63,840 bases of DNA, filler included, from Craspedostauros australis (GCA_030167865.1; 16 parts of 16 records of this genome joined end to end with filler, not necessarily neighbours in it), one strand, 5' to 3'; shown: positions 48,445 to 59,171, numbered from the whole stretch's first letter. Numbers and translations are program-made. The notes: a model not told the origin generated them from the sequence alone.

Positions 48445-48999
48445 ATGGCTGGACTCTGGGCACGATACAACGCCTTGCTGGAGGCGCAACCCCTCCTCAC
48501 CAAGGCTCTCACATCCCTCACCGGCTTCACCGCCGGTGATGTGCTTGCCCAGAACTTCGTGGAGGACAGCGACAAGCCATACGACTTCATGCGTACGGTC
48601 CGTCTCGGAAGTTTCGGTTTCCTCATCCACGGTACCACCGGCCACTACTTCTACGGTGCCCTTGACAAGAGAATGCCGGGCACAGCGCCCATGACGGTCG
48701 CCAGCAAGGTCGCCATCGATCAGACCATCTGGAATCCAATCTTCGGATGCATGTTCTTCGGTTACCTCAACCTCATGGAGGGTAAGTCTTTCGAGGACTA
48801 CACCAACAAGATCAAGGCCGACCTCAAGACCGCCGTCATGGGATCTTGGGCCGTCTGGGTGCCAGCGCACACCATCAACTTCGCCTTCATCCCACCCTCC
48901 CAGCGACTCCTCTACATCAACACCATCCAGATCGGTTACAACGTCTTCCTCTCCTTCCTCGGAAACAAGGCCGTCGAGCCAGAGGAGAAGAAGGAGTAA
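48445..48999 (+). CDS. Mpv17/PMP22 family membrane protein
   Basis: PLLTKALTS...GDVLAQ, KVAIDQTIWNP, SWAVWVPAHTINFAFIP. Confidence 0.93.
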   Translation: MAGLWARYNALLEAQPLLTKALTSLTGFTAGDVLAQNFVEDSDKPYDFMRTVRLGSFGFLIHGTTGHYFYGALDKRMPGTAPMTVASKVAIDQTIWNPIFGCMFFGYLNLMEGKSFEDYTNKIKADLKTAVMGSWAVWVPAHTINFAFIPPSQRLLYINTIQIGYNVFLSFLGNKAVEPEEKKE

Positions 49000-49544
49000 G
49001 CTGGCCGAGTCTCTTCGTCACTCGTTCTTCTTCGTTTTAGGGATGAAAACACAATTCGTGTGGTAGAGTAGAAACCGTACCTGTTAGTACCACCAACACG
49101 GCGGGTTCGTCGTGATACCCGATCAACGGAACAGCAACGTGAGCACTAGCCTGGGAAGGCCTCGCTCCCCACTCCATCTGGCGGAGCCTTCCTTTGGGGG
49201 ATCGTGAGGAGTACGATACGTTCAAGAAGACAAAGCATTTTCACACCGCTCTCTCTGTCCAGAGAGTATAACTGTAACACAAACACTTGTCCAATTGACT
49301 TCCAGATGTTGATTTGAAAAATACGCATGACAACACGTGTATCGTGTATTAATGTGCAGAATTCTGGAATGAGAGGCGCGTCTAGGTCTATAGTACTTAT
49401 ACTGTGGAGAGGTGCGGTATCCGGTGCAATACAAGTACACAAGATGCCTAAAGGTGCGGTTTGGAATGATCAGCAACTTCATCTTCAAACAGTAAATCCT
49501 CATCGGATCCATTCGCAAGAATGGCGCTATTTACTTCATATATT

Positions 49545-50574
49545 TCACTGCGCTTCCGCTGCGGCCAACTTCTCTTTTTCGTACTCCGCCGTCGTCTTTC
49601 CAAAGATGCGCCGCTCCCACACCTCGTCCATCTCGGGCGTCAAATGGATAGGTTCATACTCCGGAGGCAGCTTCGATTCGCCTTCCTCAGTGCAAGGACG
49701 CAGTTTCAATCGTCCCGACGCACAACCATCCTGCGACATCAGCCTCGCGAACTCGGGCCTTGCGGCAACCACAGGATTGATGAACACCTGTGCATTCAAT
49801 TCCATGGCGATGGAATGTGGTGTTTGATTGGTTCGAGGATATGCATGATATTACAGAAATGGAAGAAGAGGAATGTACAATGGGTAGAGCATGACGTTGG
49901 AGGTGAGAGACAAGCACATAGAATACAATATGATATCATGCACGCAACCATCACATTTTGCTTCTCATCGCATGGTTTTTCATGTCCACTTACCAGCATG
50001 TGCAACCACACGTGTTGGGCATTGTACTGCGCTCCGTTCGGCGCCCTGAGCTGCTTGTCCTTGTTTTCAGTTCCGGCCACTTTTTGGACCATCTGGGTGA
50101 GTTCTTCTGAATACTTGAAGCCCATGCTTTCCATGCGAGCAATCCACCACTGTGAGTCATGCACTTCCACATGGTGCCATCCCGACCACGTCGAATGAGT
50201 CACGAACAAGTAAGCGGCCTTGCGGAAGATGGGAATGTAATTGTGTTGATAGTTCCTGCCAACGTGTTCCAGAAACTCAACTGCCCACACGGCATCGTAC
50301 AACTTATCTGGCCAGTACGGACCACGCGAGAAGTCGTGCTCCACGAGATGCGTGTCTTTGTTTGGAAGCACGTTGGCTAGGACGGCATCATGCGATCCCT
50401 CCACGCACAACGCATCCACGCCATGATCATGGAACCAGCTCGTGCTGGTCCCCTTTCCACAACCCACATCCACCATGCTTTTGATTCCCATGTACTCGAT
50501 CATGAACTTCCATGTTCTTGGTGACACTCCCATGAGATCGAGCTCTGTGAATCCACCGAGATGTGCTTTGTCGC
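49545..50574 (-). CDS. Class I SAM-dependent methyltransferase (exons 50574-49994 and 49787-49545; 5' exon lost in gap)
   Basis: VDVGCGKG motif I, EHDF, YDAVWAVEFLEHV; canonical GTAAG/CAG junctions keep the frame. Confidence 0.85.
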
Positions 50575-51334
50575 CTGATCGGAAAAAAGATGATGGACAT
50601 CAGTGAGGCATTGCGAGGCATGGCGAGGCAACAGAAAGTGNNNNNNNNNNNNNNNNNNNNNNNNNNNNNNNNNNNNNNNNNNNNTTAATTAATTAANNNN
50701 NNNNNNNNNNNNNNNNNNNNNNNNNNNNNNNNNNNNNNNNCAGACGACCCATACGACTCCAGGGCACCATTCACAGGAAGGAGACGGGACACGACAGAAA
50801 TGCGAGTCACCCACGCGACCCCGCAACAGAGACCCGTCGTAACGGTTATAACGGCCACACATGGGCCGATCGCTTAAGTAATGACACTTCGAACCATGTG
50901 CGACAACGGTCATCTGATGGCAATGCGGAGCTCACAAAATGAACGACTGCGGCGACAAAATCGAAACACAAACGAAAATTCGAGAACACGGAATGCACTA
51001 TCTTGAGTAGCATTACAAACCCGCCAAGAGAGACAGAATCGGATAGTGAAGCAGGATCAAGACCCGCTCCGAGCAAATGAGAAACAAAGGAGGCCAAACG
51101 CGAAGGATCGAGGAGCCCAAAACAGAAAGAGAGAAGAAGAGAAAGTAAACAACAAAGCAGAGAAGCGATGGGACAGCGACGATCGAATCACCCACAATTT
51201 GGAAAAGACAACAGAATTGTCACACCTCCGCTTCGACGTACGCTTCCTTCAACGCTTGCTCAGGGGTAACCTAGCAGCCTTTAAACGAACACAACACTCT
51301 TCCACATCACCTTCGCCGTCTTCTCGCCATCACC

Positions 51335-53632
51335 ATGTCTCTCAACCTCTCTCATCTCCTCGCCTCCGAGCCTTCCTCCCGCACCGAAACCGCTGCCGGA
51401 GCTCGCCCCGACGATCTCATCGAGGGTCTCACCGCCGTCTCCTCCATGGCCAGCCGCTCCTCTGCCTCGGGAGGCATCGCCGATGACTCCCTCCCCGCCA
51501 GCATGAGCTTGGGTACCACCATCGGACACGTCCACGCCACGCAAGACACATGCCTCGTCCGGCTCAGCGCCAAATCCGAGGAGGGGCACGTCCTCCTCTG
51601 TGGTGATCCCGTCGACACCTGCAGCCGTCGTAACCACAGCCATCTACGGTCTGATCCGGCTCGCCGTGGTCTCCCTGGCGTATACCAGTGCATCGACATC
51701 ACGACCAACAGGGGGATCGCTCGCCGCGATCTCGTCGAAGGCAGCTTCCAAAGCCCGGAAGCCTACGAAGCGACCCGCGCCGCCACCCTTCGGGACATGG
51801 CGCGCGTCGCAACGCGCGACACCCCACCAGCTCACGATCGCAACGACTCCGATGCCCGGAGCGCCGGAGTGGTCGGATTCGACATGGACCGCAAGCCTGC
51901 AGCCCGCCGCGGCATCGACGATGCGCCGACGCCATCTCTCCAGCGTAGGGAACACCTCGATGTGCCACCTCCGACAAGCCGCGTCCCTCCGGCACGCCTC
52001 CCCAAGCCAGCGCCACCAACTACCAACCAAGAACGCCCTCAAGGAATCTCCGCTCCCGCGACACGCATGACCAACCCTTCTACCATCCCGGACTCCGTCC
52101 ACTCCGCAGCGGACGAACTCATGCATGTGGTCCGCCACCAAGCCGCACTCAACCGTGAGACGATGGAAACCCATCAACGCAAGCTGGATCAGACGAACCA
52201 AACTCTGATCCAGGCGCTCGCCACCCAGCAGGAGCAAATCAACCATCTTCTCCGACTGGAAAGCGAGCGTCGGGAACAGGCAACCACAGAGCCGACCCCG
52301 CCTACAGCAGCGTGGTACGTGGTCACCCAAGGCGCTCGACCAGGAGTCTACACCTCCCGCGCGGAAGCCTACGGACATGCCGGAGGTCATCCGGACGCCA
52401 GCGTCCACTCCTTCAACACCCACGTCGAGGCCGACAACTACTTGCGTGCTTCCATCACAACCGCACGTCACCGAAATCGTACATCATCGCCTTTGGACCC
52501 GCAGGTGGCCACGAATCTCCACCGCGCCCCGCCTCAAGCAAGCCGCGGATTCTCCGGAGCAGCGAATGCGCCAACCACAGCGGCGACAACTCCGACCCCC
52601 CCTGACATCAACAGCATGGGGGTTGAAGGATTCCTTGGAGAGGACACGTCTCGCGGAGACAAGAAGAGCATCTTCGGGGAAGGCATCGACAACGAGAGAA
52701 AGATGATCCAACACTTGGCCCCTCCTCATGCCAGCACCGAGGTGCAGACAGAATTAGCCAAGGCAGCCATCGACGTCACCAGCTTACCAGGTAAGGTCAC
52801 CGACGAAAGAACATCGATTGAAGAGCTTGCCTCGGCCTTTGGAGACATCCGCAATCAGACAGCCCGTTCCGCCGGACTCATCGCCACCGACACCAACTGG
52901 AGAACCAAGACTCGGCACGCCCTCGCACGCGTCAAGAATGAGGAGGACCTCAGCGAACTCGCGGATGATTTCAACAGCATCCGCGATGACATCATGACCC
53001 AATACCTCAACAACGTGGGTCACATCCTCCGTCATGCCTACTACACCGACGAACAAGTGGCTATCTACCAACAAGGTGGAGGATGGGTCGCGGTGGTCAA
53101 ACTCTTCCTCACGTATTACCACGAACTCCTCCTCAAACTACAACAGGAAGCGTTCAAGACTCAAGACGGGTGGAGCGAATCGGCCAGCATCTACACGGAG
53201 TACTACTCCAAGGCCCTCTTCGACGCCCGCAACTTCGCGAGCTCTCGGAACCTGATGCTTTTCCGCACGTACGTCATTGTACGTGAGGGCGCCCGCATCG
53301 GATGGTGTAACATCAAGATTCTGGAAAAATTCCAACACCGCATCTCAACCCTGAGCGGCGCTCCATCCACACACCATGAAGAGAACGACAGCTCTAACGC
53401 AGACTCGCACAAGAAACGGTGCAAGCACTGCAACGGAACCAGCAAGGTGCATGAGATCCGTGACAGCGGGTGTCCGTTCGGATACCTCTTTAAGAAGAAG
53501 GTGGCGATGGCCAAGGCCAAGCAGGTGATGAAGAGTGTGGGCCAAGGTGAAAAGGCCCACGATGTGATCACGCGTATTCTGCAGGAAGCCATTTCGAAGC
53601 GTGGAGGAGGAGATGATGACGATGCTGCCTAA
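51335..53632 (+). CDS. gag-like ORF1 with RNase H1 N-terminal (Cauli_VI) hybrid-binding domain and Zn motifs
   Basis: WYVVTQGARPGVYTSRAEA...HSFNTHVEADNYL; CKHC...H...C. Confidence 0.8.
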   Translation: MSLNLSHLLASEPSSRTETAAGARPDDLIEGLTAVSSMASRSSASGGIADDSLPASMSLGTTIGHVHATQDTCLVRLSAKSEEGHVLLCGDPVDTCSRRNHSHLRSDPARRGLPGVYQCIDITTNRGIARRDLVEGSFQSPEAYEATRAATLRDMARVATRDTPPAHDRNDSDARSAGVVGFDMDRKPAARRGIDDAPTPSLQRREHLDVPPPTSRVPPARLPKPAPPTTNQERPQGISAPATRMTNPSTIPDSVHSAADELMHVVRHQAALNRETMETHQRKLDQTNQTLIQALATQQEQINHLLRLESERREQATTEPTPPTAAWYVVTQGARPGVYTSRAEAYGHAGGHPDASVHSFNTHVEADNYLRASITTARHRNRTSSPLDPQVATNLHRAPPQASRGFSGAANAPTTAATTPTPPDINSMGVEGFLGEDTSRGDKKSIFGEGIDNERKMIQHLAPPHASTEVQTELAKAAIDVTSLPGKVTDERTSIEELASAFGDIRNQTARSAGLIATDTNWRTKTRHALARVKNEEDLSELADDFNSIRDDIMTQYLNNVGHILRHAYYTDEQVAIYQQGGGWVAVVKLFLTYYHELLLKLQQEAFKTQDGWSESASIYTEYYSKALFDARNFASSRNLMLFRTYVIVREGARIGWCNIKILEKFQHRISTLSGAPSTHHEENDSSNADSHKKRCKHCNGTSKVHEIRDSGCPFGYLFKKKVAMAKAKQVMKSVGQGEKAHDVITRILQEAISKRGGGDDDDAA

Positions 53633-53640
53633 CCCCGCGT

Positions 53641-56600
53641 TTGGTTTGCTCCGTCACTCTCTTTGATGTCCACAAATCGCGCTCGATCGTACCAACAACA
53701 ACAGACACACTCGGTGATACCAAAGCTCCCATCCCACCAGACACCAGCTCAACCGCCCCCATGGATGCTCAACTAAGCTCTAACTTAGATGACATTCTTG
53801 CATTATCCAGCCAACGGTTGCCAGAACCGCTCTCCTCTACCCTGCGATATGGCACACTGAACTTCGGTCTGCATATGACTTCGTCCGCCTGGCCGGCGTT
53901 CCAGCACATCTTCTGTGCCCACGACGACGGCCTTCCCATCAATTTGCGATCCTATCCCAAGACTACCCAGTATCTCGGGTCCACGGCGAGGCTATCGCAT
54001 CGGGTGTTGAATCAACACCCGGTCGATTTCCTGGTCGTGTTTGGGATCAAGCAAATGGAATGGCGCAAATGGATCGGACGATGCTCATCCGGATCCAGAC
54101 CATCCCTCATCCTCGAGATATGGACGGGACCAGCGGTATCCTGGATTCACGGGGCGGCCTCCAAGGGCGAATGCAAGCGGTGGGCGGACCTTGGCTACAT
54201 CACGCAAGTCAAGACGATTCCCAACCTACGCGTGGGAGGCGTGGTACGAGTGTCCTACACGATGGTGGTACGATCGGCGACAACGTGGACGGCATCTGGC
54301 ATCGCATGGCCAGACCTCCAACCCGCATCGGAACGAAGCATGGCGAATTGTCTTCGCCACTGTGGAATTCCACGACGATGTTATACAACACAGAGCAACG
54401 CTCAGATGGTCCATGACAGCGCGACATCCGCCATGCCATTGGACCGGCTGGCCCTGATTCAAACGGACCGCGGCATACGACGCCTCTTTCCAGACGAAGT
54501 GGGAAAAGCCCTGGGCAGCTCGCTCCCCGGCGAGGTCCTGCGACAGGTGAAATGGCGGGTGCTTTTCCACACACCGTCCCAACACCTGCTGGAGTACCTT
54601 TCCACCCCGCTGGTGGGTCTATCCAACCATCTCCATCAGCAACCTGAACACGACAACCTATCCTCAACCAGACGAACACGACGACGACGACGACAACGAC
54701 AACGACCTGAGCCTACACCCCTCATGAAGACGAAATCCGACGACCGCGACTTCCAATGGACGCCCCCGGACCTATCTCCAGGGCAGCCGTGGCACCAGCA
54801 ACGACTCCGCAACCTACGACACGCATGCAATACGTATGGCGAGCGGGCCGAATCCCTTTTCCAAGGCGGACTACGGGACTTGGACATACACCGCACCAAC
54901 TACACAGCCACACATCCGGATCCCAAACACCTGCGGGTCCTCTGGTGGGAGTTCCCTGCGCACCACTGGGATCACCTACGCGAAGGAAGTCCCATGAATT
55001 TCCTACGAGAACCGACGCCAGGCAACCATCCCAACACCGACATGACTCCAGACCAACAACAGGTAGCGGCCGACTTCGTCGACGAGCTACTCAGCCTTGG
55101 TGTGGTGGAACCACAAGACCCAAATCATCCGGTGGTGGTGAACGCACCTCTCTTTGCTTTACCGAAACCAATGCAGCCCGACCAATGGCGCATCATCGCC
55201 AACATGCGCGAAAATCACGCGAATGAGCACATTGGGTCGGATCCGACAATTTTTCCAAAAAGTCGCGATATTCTGAAGCAGATGTATCACGGAGGCTGGT
55301 CTGCGGTGGTCGATGCGTCGAAATACTTCTACCAATTTCGAACCCGGCCATCGGAGCGGCGTTTCCTCGGGATCCAACATCCGATCTCCGGTGAGATGTA
55401 CCAATATGCTGGACTACCAATGGGGTCTAGCCAGTCCCCAGCCATCGCATGCCGGTTTGGTACCGCCTTCCTCCGACAGCTGCGCCAGCGCTCCAAGCAC
55501 TACCGAGGGTCCCACACATCCAACATGTGGTGGTCTGCGTTCCGACTAGAGAAGGAATACGACCATACTCTGGGCCAAGGCATAGTCTCCATGGGGTCCG
55601 ATGGTCTACCGGCAGCACTCGTGTGGGCTCACTGCGATGACTTTATCATCCACGGTCCAACACGACAGAAGACAGCAGCAGCACTCACGGCCTTCCTCGA
55701 TCTCTCCGTCGACTGCGGGTTGCTCTGCCATCCGGGAAAACTCACCCCGCCAAGTCAGATCGTCAAATACACTGGCTTGATCTTCGACACTACCGCAACC
55801 CCGCGGCTACGGATCCCAACCCTCAAGAGAGACAAGATCATAGCAGTCATGGACTACGTCGATGACCATGCTGTCAGAGTCTCCCGACTCGCCCTCGCGG
55901 TGCTCGCCGGTATGCTTGAAAGCGTCGCTGAGGCCACACCCTCGTATCTCGGCCGCAACTACCTCCGCGCGCTCTACCATCTCGTCCACCCCACTGCCTG
56001 GGATCAACCTGAGTTGCCTTACTTCAGCTACACGGCACTCGTCCCAGCCGTACAACACGACCTCCGCTGGTGGCGGGCAGCACTCCTCAACGACACGGCA
56101 CGGAGCGGCCGGGCCACACGTACAGGGGTCCTGGTCAGCAGCTTCGGCGATGGCAGCGGGACAGGGACCGGGGGTACTATCCTCTTCCCACAACAGGCTT
56201 CTCGCATGTGGATGGGGACATGGTCCTCTCTCGTCGCCACCCGCCAGTCGTCCAACTGGAAGGAGTTGCGGACCCTGCTCAGCACTCTCGAGCAGGTGGC
56301 GCAATCACCGGAGTCTACCGCAGAAGTCACCGGAGCAACCTTCTTTTACTTCACCGACAACATGTGTACCTACTGCGTCGTGGACGGCGGCACCTCCACT
56401 TCTCCGGAGCTCCACAAATTGGTGCGACAGGTCAAGCAGCTCGAGTTACAGCTGTCCTGTCACCTACAGGTCATCCACATCCCGGGCACCGCCATCATCA
56501 CTGAAGGAACCGACGGCCTTAGTCGGGGCATCTGGGTCAACGCCGCGCATCAACGGCCGACCTCGGAACAGATCCTCACCGCCTGCCTTGCACCAACAGC

Positions 56601-57057
56601 AGTACGGCCACTACATGTGCCCCATATCGCTCGGCTAGCGTTCCCGGAACAAACCATTGGCCTTCAGCTACGGGCATGGGACACTCCATGGGACCCAGAG
56701 CAATGCATGGACTGCATCACGCTCTGGGCGCCCCCACCCGAGTTGGCGTACCAACTTATCTACTTCCTGCTGGGATGCTGGGCTGAGCGGCCGCTTCATA
56801 CAGGATTCGTCATCCTCGTCCCTCGCGTGCTCCAGCGCACCTTCACACGTCTGTCTCGTCATCTCATCAAGGTTGGCGTGTTCACCAACCACGATCTACA
56901 CATCACCTCTCCCTCTCCTCTCAATATCCCTAACCTCCTCCTTCGTGTCTCTCCTCATACGCGCTCTCTCACTCCTCCTAGACTGGACACTACTCCCTAT
57001 TCCTGGCTTCGGCGGCACCACCAACGGATCGCCGAACAACTGCACGGGCTGTGCTAG
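53641..57057 (+). CDS. pol ORF2: degenerate C5-MTase-like domain, RT, RNase H, Dam-like remnant
   Basis: RT: PLFALPK, WRIIAN, DASKYFYQF, LPMG, HCDD, KYTG. RNase H: FGDGS, SSNWKEL, FTDN, HIPG, TDGLSRG. First ATG at 53761. Confidence 0.9.
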   Translation: MVCSVTLFDVHKSRSIVPTTTDTLGDTKAPIPPDTSSTAPMDAQLSSNLDDILALSSQRLPEPLSSTLRYGTLNFGLHMTSSAWPAFQHIFCAHDDGLPINLRSYPKTTQYLGSTARLSHRVLNQHPVDFLVVFGIKQMEWRKWIGRCSSGSRPSLILEIWTGPAVSWIHGAASKGECKRWADLGYITQVKTIPNLRVGGVVRVSYTMVVRSATTWTASGIAWPDLQPASERSMANCLRHCGIPRRCYTTQSNAQMVHDSATSAMPLDRLALIQTDRGIRRLFPDEVGKALGSSLPGEVLRQVKWRVLFHTPSQHLLEYLSTPLVGLSNHLHQQPEHDNLSSTRRTRRRRRQRQRPEPTPLMKTKSDDRDFQWTPPDLSPGQPWHQQRLRNLRHACNTYGERAESLFQGGLRDLDIHRTNYTATHPDPKHLRVLWWEFPAHHWDHLREGSPMNFLREPTPGNHPNTDMTPDQQQVAADFVDELLSLGVVEPQDPNHPVVVNAPLFALPKPMQPDQWRIIANMRENHANEHIGSDPTIFPKSRDILKQMYHGGWSAVVDASKYFYQFRTRPSERRFLGIQHPISGEMYQYAGLPMGSSQSPAIACRFGTAFLRQLRQRSKHYRGSHTSNMWWSAFRLEKEYDHTLGQGIVSMGSDGLPAALVWAHCDDFIIHGPTRQKTAAALTAFLDLSVDCGLLCHPGKLTPPSQIVKYTGLIFDTTATPRLRIPTLKRDKIIAVMDYVDDHAVRVSRLALAVLAGMLESVAEATPSYLGRNYLRALYHLVHPTAWDQPELPYFSYTALVPAVQHDLRWWRAALLNDTARSGRATRTGVLVSSFGDGSGTGTGGTILFPQQASRMWMGTWSSLVATRQSSNWKELRTLLSTLEQVAQSPESTAEVTGATFFYFTDNMCTYCVVDGGTSTSPELHKLVRQVKQLELQLSCHLQVIHIPGTAIITEGTDGLSRGIWVNAAHQRPTSEQILTACLAPTAVRPLHVPHIARLAFPEQTIGLQLRAWDTPWDPEQCMDCITLWAPPPELAYQLIYFLLGCWAERPLHTGFVILVPRVLQRTFTRLSRHLIKVGVFTNHDLHITSPSPLNIPNLLLRVSPHTRSLTPPRLDTTPYSWLRRHHQRIAEQLHGLC

Positions 57058-57486
57058 GCCTATCAACCGCCGCACAACCGCCCACCAATGTTGCTTCGCC
57101 GATGCTGGCTTCACGCACGGCGGGCTGCACTACCGGCCGTGCCACACTCGGTATCATAAGCTGTGCTGCCGGGTGGGTCCACCGTTCCACACCCGGCTGC
57201 GCAAAGGCAAGGGTCTCGCTCTACCGACCAACCTTGGGATCCTCGGGGTCTTCGTGTGCGAAGCATGCACAGTTCGCGTGCACACCAAGCGGGAGTTGAC
57301 TTCCACGCCCACCGACGTCTACCTCCTTCGGCTCGAGCGGATGCGCATCATCGACCTGGCTCACAACTGGGCCACCGGCACCTTGGCTACTTACGGAAGC
57401 AAGATCCGCGTGCTGCGACAGTTCGGCGCCGACTACGGAGTCCCCACCTTACAACCGCCGGTTCTCTCCAGCCCCCCCTACTCGGA
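57040..57486 (+). CDS. ORF3, putative tyrosine recombinase N-terminus with Cys/His-rich finger (partial; start uncertain, frame open from at least 56657)
   Basis: Overlaps the end of pol; CTGC...C...H..CC...CEAC, then WATGTLATY typical of the YR N-terminal helical domain. Catalytic RHRY not visible (gap). Confidence 0.6.
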
Positions 57487-57716
57487 NNNNNNNNNNNNNN
57501 NNNNNNNNNNNNNNNNNNNNNNNNNNNNNNTTAATTAATTAANNNNNNNNNNNNNNNNNNNNNNNNNNNNNNNNNNNNNNNNNNNNGAGTACTGATCTTT
57601 GTTGATGTGTTTCGTTTTTGTGTTTTTCTAGTGTTATCGTGTGTTTCGTTTTTTCGGGTTCTGGTATTGTAGAGAACATCCCCACAATCATCATCACGAT
57701 CACGACAACAACGACC

Positions 57717-59171
57717 ATGATGGACTTCGACTTGGCAACGGCATTGCGAGATAACGTCGCAGCCGTGCTTCTCCTCCCGCTAGCACTTGCCATCGGATGG
57801 TTGGCTGTCGCCTTCAACAAACCACCCGCCAAGGATGCTCCCGTCAAGTCTACTGCTGGGATCCTGGAGTCCGTCAGGATGTTGGCATCATCCGAATCAC
57901 CATGGTGGCATCTCCAACTTCAAGAATCTTTGGGATCGTCCATCTTCCAGCACAACATCCCCGTCCCTGGTGGTATGTATGTCCTCTGCTCCGCGAAGGA
58001 TCAACGTGAAGTTCTGCTTGATGAGTATGCGGACAAGCCGATCGCCGTATACGGAAACATCGACAGTATAACTGGACGGACACAAATGGGTACACGATCA
58101 ACACTTGACCCACGTATGAAGCCAATGAGGAAAGCCGTCGAACACTCATTTTCCTCTGCGGAAGTCAATCGAATGAATTCCATCTGCATGAAGTACGCTA
58201 AGCAATGGGAAACAGACTTTCTCGAGAAGCTGGCAGACACCGACGTCACGTTCGATCCGTCCATCGAATTGCCGAAGGTCGTATTCAAGTCCATCATGGA
58301 AGCGGCCCTCGAGTACGAATCGACTCCCGAAGACTACGATTTTTTCGCGTCCAACTACGAAGTGGCTGCCCGTGAATTCACGTTCCGTCAAAGCGTCAAT
58401 CCTTTGCGAAAGGTATTTGGCTTCATGATCCCAGAAGTATGGGCGGCGCGCAACTGCTGCTCCGCTCTGCAGGACTTTGTGAAGAAGATTTTGAAAGCCT
58501 ATCGCGAGAATCCCAACAAGTTGGAACACAATACGCTGATCAAGGCGGCCGAGTCCAATCCGTACGATATGTCGGAAGAAGATAGGGTTGCGGAACTGCT
58601 TATATTGCTCATTGCAGGCTTCGATACAACGGGATACACACTTGCCAACACTCTCACGTTACTCGCAAAGCACCCCAAAGAGATGAAGGAGCTGCAGCAA
58701 TCCTTGTTGCAGGGCGATCCGGAGCAATCCAACGATCATCTCAAGCGTGTGATCACCGAATCCAAACGCTTGATCCCTGTTAGTGCATTGAGTTCCGTTC
58801 GCGTCGCCAGTCGAGACTTCATCTTTGTGGATGAACCTTCCAGTCGCAAGGTCAAGGTACCGAAAGGCGCCACGATCTTTCTTCCGCAGATCACGGCTCA
58901 CCAAGACGAGGCGGTGTTCGAAGATGCTACTCAGTTCAAACCCGATCGATGGGAGAATCCAACCAAGGAAATGGAACAGAGTTTTACGCCATTTGCCTTG
59001 GGCAGACGTAACTGCCCTGGCCAATCATTGGCAATGGCCGAGCTCTACTCGGTGTTGCCAAGCATCTTGTCCAAGTACGAGTTCGAATTGGTGGCGGAAG
59101 GCAAGCTGGAATATTTCATGACATTGAAATACACCAACACCAAACTCCGTGTGAAGAGGGCGAAGGTTTGA
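57717..59171 (+). CDS. Cytochrome P450
   Basis: N-terminal TM anchor, AGFDTT, ESKR (ExxR), PDRW, FALGRRNCPG heme motif. Confidence 0.96.
   Translation: MMDFDLATALRDNVAAVLLLPLALAIGWLAVAFNKPPAKDAPVKSTAGILESVRMLASSESPWWHLQLQESLGSSIFQHNIPVPGGMYVLCSAKDQREVLLDEYADKPIAVYGNIDSITGRTQMGTRSTLDPRMKPMRKAVEHSFSSAEVNRMNSICMKYAKQWETDFLEKLADTDVTFDPSIELPKVVFKSIMEAALEYESTPEDYDFFASNYEVAAREFTFRQSVNPLRKVFGFMIPEVWAARNCCSALQDFVKKILKAYRENPNKLEHNTLIKAAESNPYDMSEEDRVAELLILLIAGFDTTGYTLANTLTLLAKHPKEMKELQQSLLQGDPEQSNDHLKRVITESKRLIPVSALSSVRVASRDFIFVDEPSSRKVKVPKGATIFLPQITAHQDEAVFEDATQFKPDRWENPTKEMEQSFTPFALGRRNCPGQSLAMAELYSVLPSILSKYEFELVAEGKLEYFMTLKYTNTKLRVKRAKV

Larger units (their letters stand above)
50741..57486 (+). mobile_element. 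DIRS/Ngaro-class tyrosine-recombinase retrotransposon (3' end in gap)
   Basis: gag, RT-RNase H and an overlapping third ORF; no protease or DDE integrase seen; 5' region repeated at 31878-32394. Confidence 0.85.

Noticed and set aside
50910..50990. Hammerhead-like CTGATG...GAAA in the YR element leader
   Set aside because: Core reads CTGATGG rather than CTGATGA, and no stem II is evident.
48445..59171. Methyltransferase plus P450 as a biosynthetic gene cluster
   Set aside because: Separated by two scaffold spacers and a transposon; no core synthase present.
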